A stretch of DNA of 64,000 bases from Eledone cirrhosa (Eukaryota): positions 49,042,001 through 49,106,000 of the forward strand of contig OZ024744.1 in assembly GCA_964016885.1 (NCBI GenBank). The letters are read 5' to 3'. Made by a program: the position numbers and the translations under genes. A model generated the notes under the pieces. That model was not told the DNA's origin and did not search any database. It saw nothing but the letters and a program-made list of their open reading frames with translations. Of the stretch, positions 61,650 through 64,000 are shown in pieces; position 1 is the stretch's first letter, and each line of letters begins with the position of its first letter.

Positions 61650-64000
61650 AACACCCCATGGAAACCGTGCGGCCTGATCCCCGGGAGACGAAGAGGTGAG
61701 TGTTTTCTTCTCCTCTTTTAACTTTTCAGAACCAACATGGCCAATATAAGAGTTGGGTGTGTGAATGTACGCGGCCTGGGGATGCCCTGGAAACAGGGCA
61801 AACTCTTAAACGACCTCAGGTCGCACAGTATGGATGTAGTAGCCATTTGCGAGTCCAGGATCCACAGCGAGCAACAGCTGGCCCCCATCTTCGATGACTT
61901 TGAGATCTACGCATCTCTCTGTCAGCTGGGGGTGGGTGTGGGGGCGGGGTTGCCGTTTTGCTGCGGAAACACCTGGGCCTCGTAACACAAACGGTACATC
62001 TGGACCCGGAGGGTCGACTGGTGGTCCTAGACGTTGACGGTAGTGAAGGTGGAGCCGTCAGGCTGGTGGCCGCATATGCCCCATCCGGGACACCGCGGCC
62101 AGACTTCTTCAAACGTCTAGAGACTTTTCTGGGAATGACCCGCTCCTTGCTTTTAGTGGGGGACTGGAATGGAATCCTAGATGCACGTTGGGACTATGTG
62201 GGAGCATGTCCCGATAAGGGGGGGGTGTAACATCCTCAAACAGTTAATCGGTCGATTTGACCTGGCCGATAGATATCGAATAGATTTTCCGACTGTGCCA
62301 CTGTGGACGTGGACTAATCTCAGCGGAACATCTAGATCGTACCTAGATAGGGTTCTAGTTAGAAATAAGGATAGGGACATGTTAAGCTGTCCACAAATGT
62401 TCATGGTTGACTATTCAGATCACAAACTAGTGACCTGCATGGTCAACCTTGATAGAACCCATAGACAAGGACCCGGCTACTGGAGGCTGAACTTGTCGTT
62501 ACCGACAGTGCTAATCCGTCTACTGTAGTAGACGAATTAGCACTTTAGTTAAACAGCACAGGGGCCATTGTCAACAACAGATGGTGGTACTCTCTCAAGA
62601 GGGCAGTTAGATTAGACTCGTTATTTTTTAGTAAAGAATTAGCGTTAGATAGAAATAGAACCGAGAAGGAACTGGTAGATAAAGTAGAAGAGGCAATTAG
62701 AAGTAGCAACGTAGCCAGCGTGCTAGCAACAAGAACGGCCTTGGACCAGTTCTTCGACGCAAAGCATGAGCGCTGCGTTGTCAGAAGCAAAATACGTGCT
62801 CTTGGAAATGAGGGAGCCAAAGCTGTTAGCTGGGCCCGAGTGATGGAGGCAAAAAGTGGCAACAAGTCCATGATTCGGCCTTTGAAGGATCAAAACGGAC
62901 GCGTGATACGTGAGCCAAAGCAGATGTGTGCGGCCTTTCAGCGGCACTTTGCCCAGCTATTCGGGCAGGGCGGCGCGCCGGGAGGAGCTATGAAATTCGG
63001 TCCATACCTCGATGGACTACCGTGACTCTCGGACGGCGAGGCAAAGTTCTGCGAAAAGCTGATTTCAGCCGCTGAGATAGGGGACGCGCTGAGCCAATGC
63101 GGCAAACGAAAATCTCCAGGTCTCGACGGTCTATCCTACGAATTTTACGTAACAATGCCGGACTTATTCTCCGGTCTGCTGGAAGCGGTCTACTGCAACT
63201 GGCGACAGAACAGGAGCATTCCCAGTTCTGTAACCGGGGGCGTAGTCACACTAATCAGGAAGGACGAGAATACGGGGGATGACATAGGCAACTTCCGGCC
63301 CATAACTCTGCTAAACACAGAGTTACAGATTTTGGCCAAGGTGTTGGCAATGAGGCTGGCGCTTGTCGTCGAGAACCTGGTGGGAAAAGCGAAGACATGC
63401 GCAATCCCAACCAGGTCCATACAACCTCCACCTCATGCGATACATCATAGAGAGGGTAGGGTGTAAACCCGGCTTCGGTGGGGCCCTGATCAACTTGGAT
63501 CAGTCTAAGGCTTTCGATAGGGTTGACCATCGTTACCTGGATGCGGTGCTCGAGGCGGCAGGCTTCGGACCCGTGTTCAGGGGCTGGATTGCTGCAATGC
63601 ATAACAGCAACATCTGCTCAAGGGTTAAGATGAACGGCTACCTCTTGGAGCCGTTCCATATCACGCGATCCATTCGACAGGGATGCCCTCTCTCCTCGCT
63701 TCTGTACGTATTGACTCTCGAGCCACTACTGTAGAAGTTGGAGCTATTGCAGGGCATCCCTCTCAAACCAGGACTGCGGAAAGCGGCGTCGGCTTACGCC
63801 GACAATGTGACAGTAATGGTGTCGAGCGCCTCGCAAATCGAGGAAGTCGGCACCTTACTGAAGGAATGCGGGACAAGTCCATCGGTTTGCAACTCGGATT
63901 GTGGAGAGGCAAACTGATGCCTTCCGATGGCATCGTCGGATGCTGGACGGAAGGACCAGTAAAGCTGCTTGGGGTCTGGTTTGGTCCGGACCTCCAGGTG
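61650..64000 (+). mobile_element. L1/Tx1-clade LINE ORF2 (APE + RT), frameshifted, runs off the window
   Basis: VNVRGL, ICES, VGDWN, SRSYLDRV, SDHK, GPGYWRLN, KSPGLDG, FRPITLLN, LDQSKAFDRV, RQGCPLS, AYADN. Confidence 0.92.

Overview
Eukaryotic, AT-rich, microsatellite-laden DNA made almost entirely of nested transposable elements. The repeat repertoire (tRNA-derived SINEs, RTE LINEs with (GAT)n tails, (TA)n/(CATA)n tracts) suggests an octopod cephalopod, but this is an inference. I found no supportable host gene exon. Main components: many RTE-clade LINE fragments; two SINE families; a Naiad-type Penelope-like element (PLE, ~17.0-26.6 kb) interrupted by a two-LTR CsRn1-type Ty3/Gypsy element (20287-25575, CATG TSD); a second degenerate Gypsy; R4/Dong, CRE and L1/Tx1 fragments; a near-complete but broken Helitron RepHel (52016-57737) among several Helitron derivatives; and Tc1/pogo- and Merlin-like MITEs. 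The ORF track misses three things. First, about nine PLE-type hammerhead ribozyme motifs from several unrelated families, including a 283-bp element whose inverted terminal repeat starts exactly at the predicted self-cleavage site. Second, a series of near-perfect fold-back palindromes, two of which have unfolded parent copies in the same window. Third, a Gypsy primer-binding site matching ~32 nt of tRNA-Trp rather than the usual 18. All family assignments come from motif recognition by eye, not database searches.
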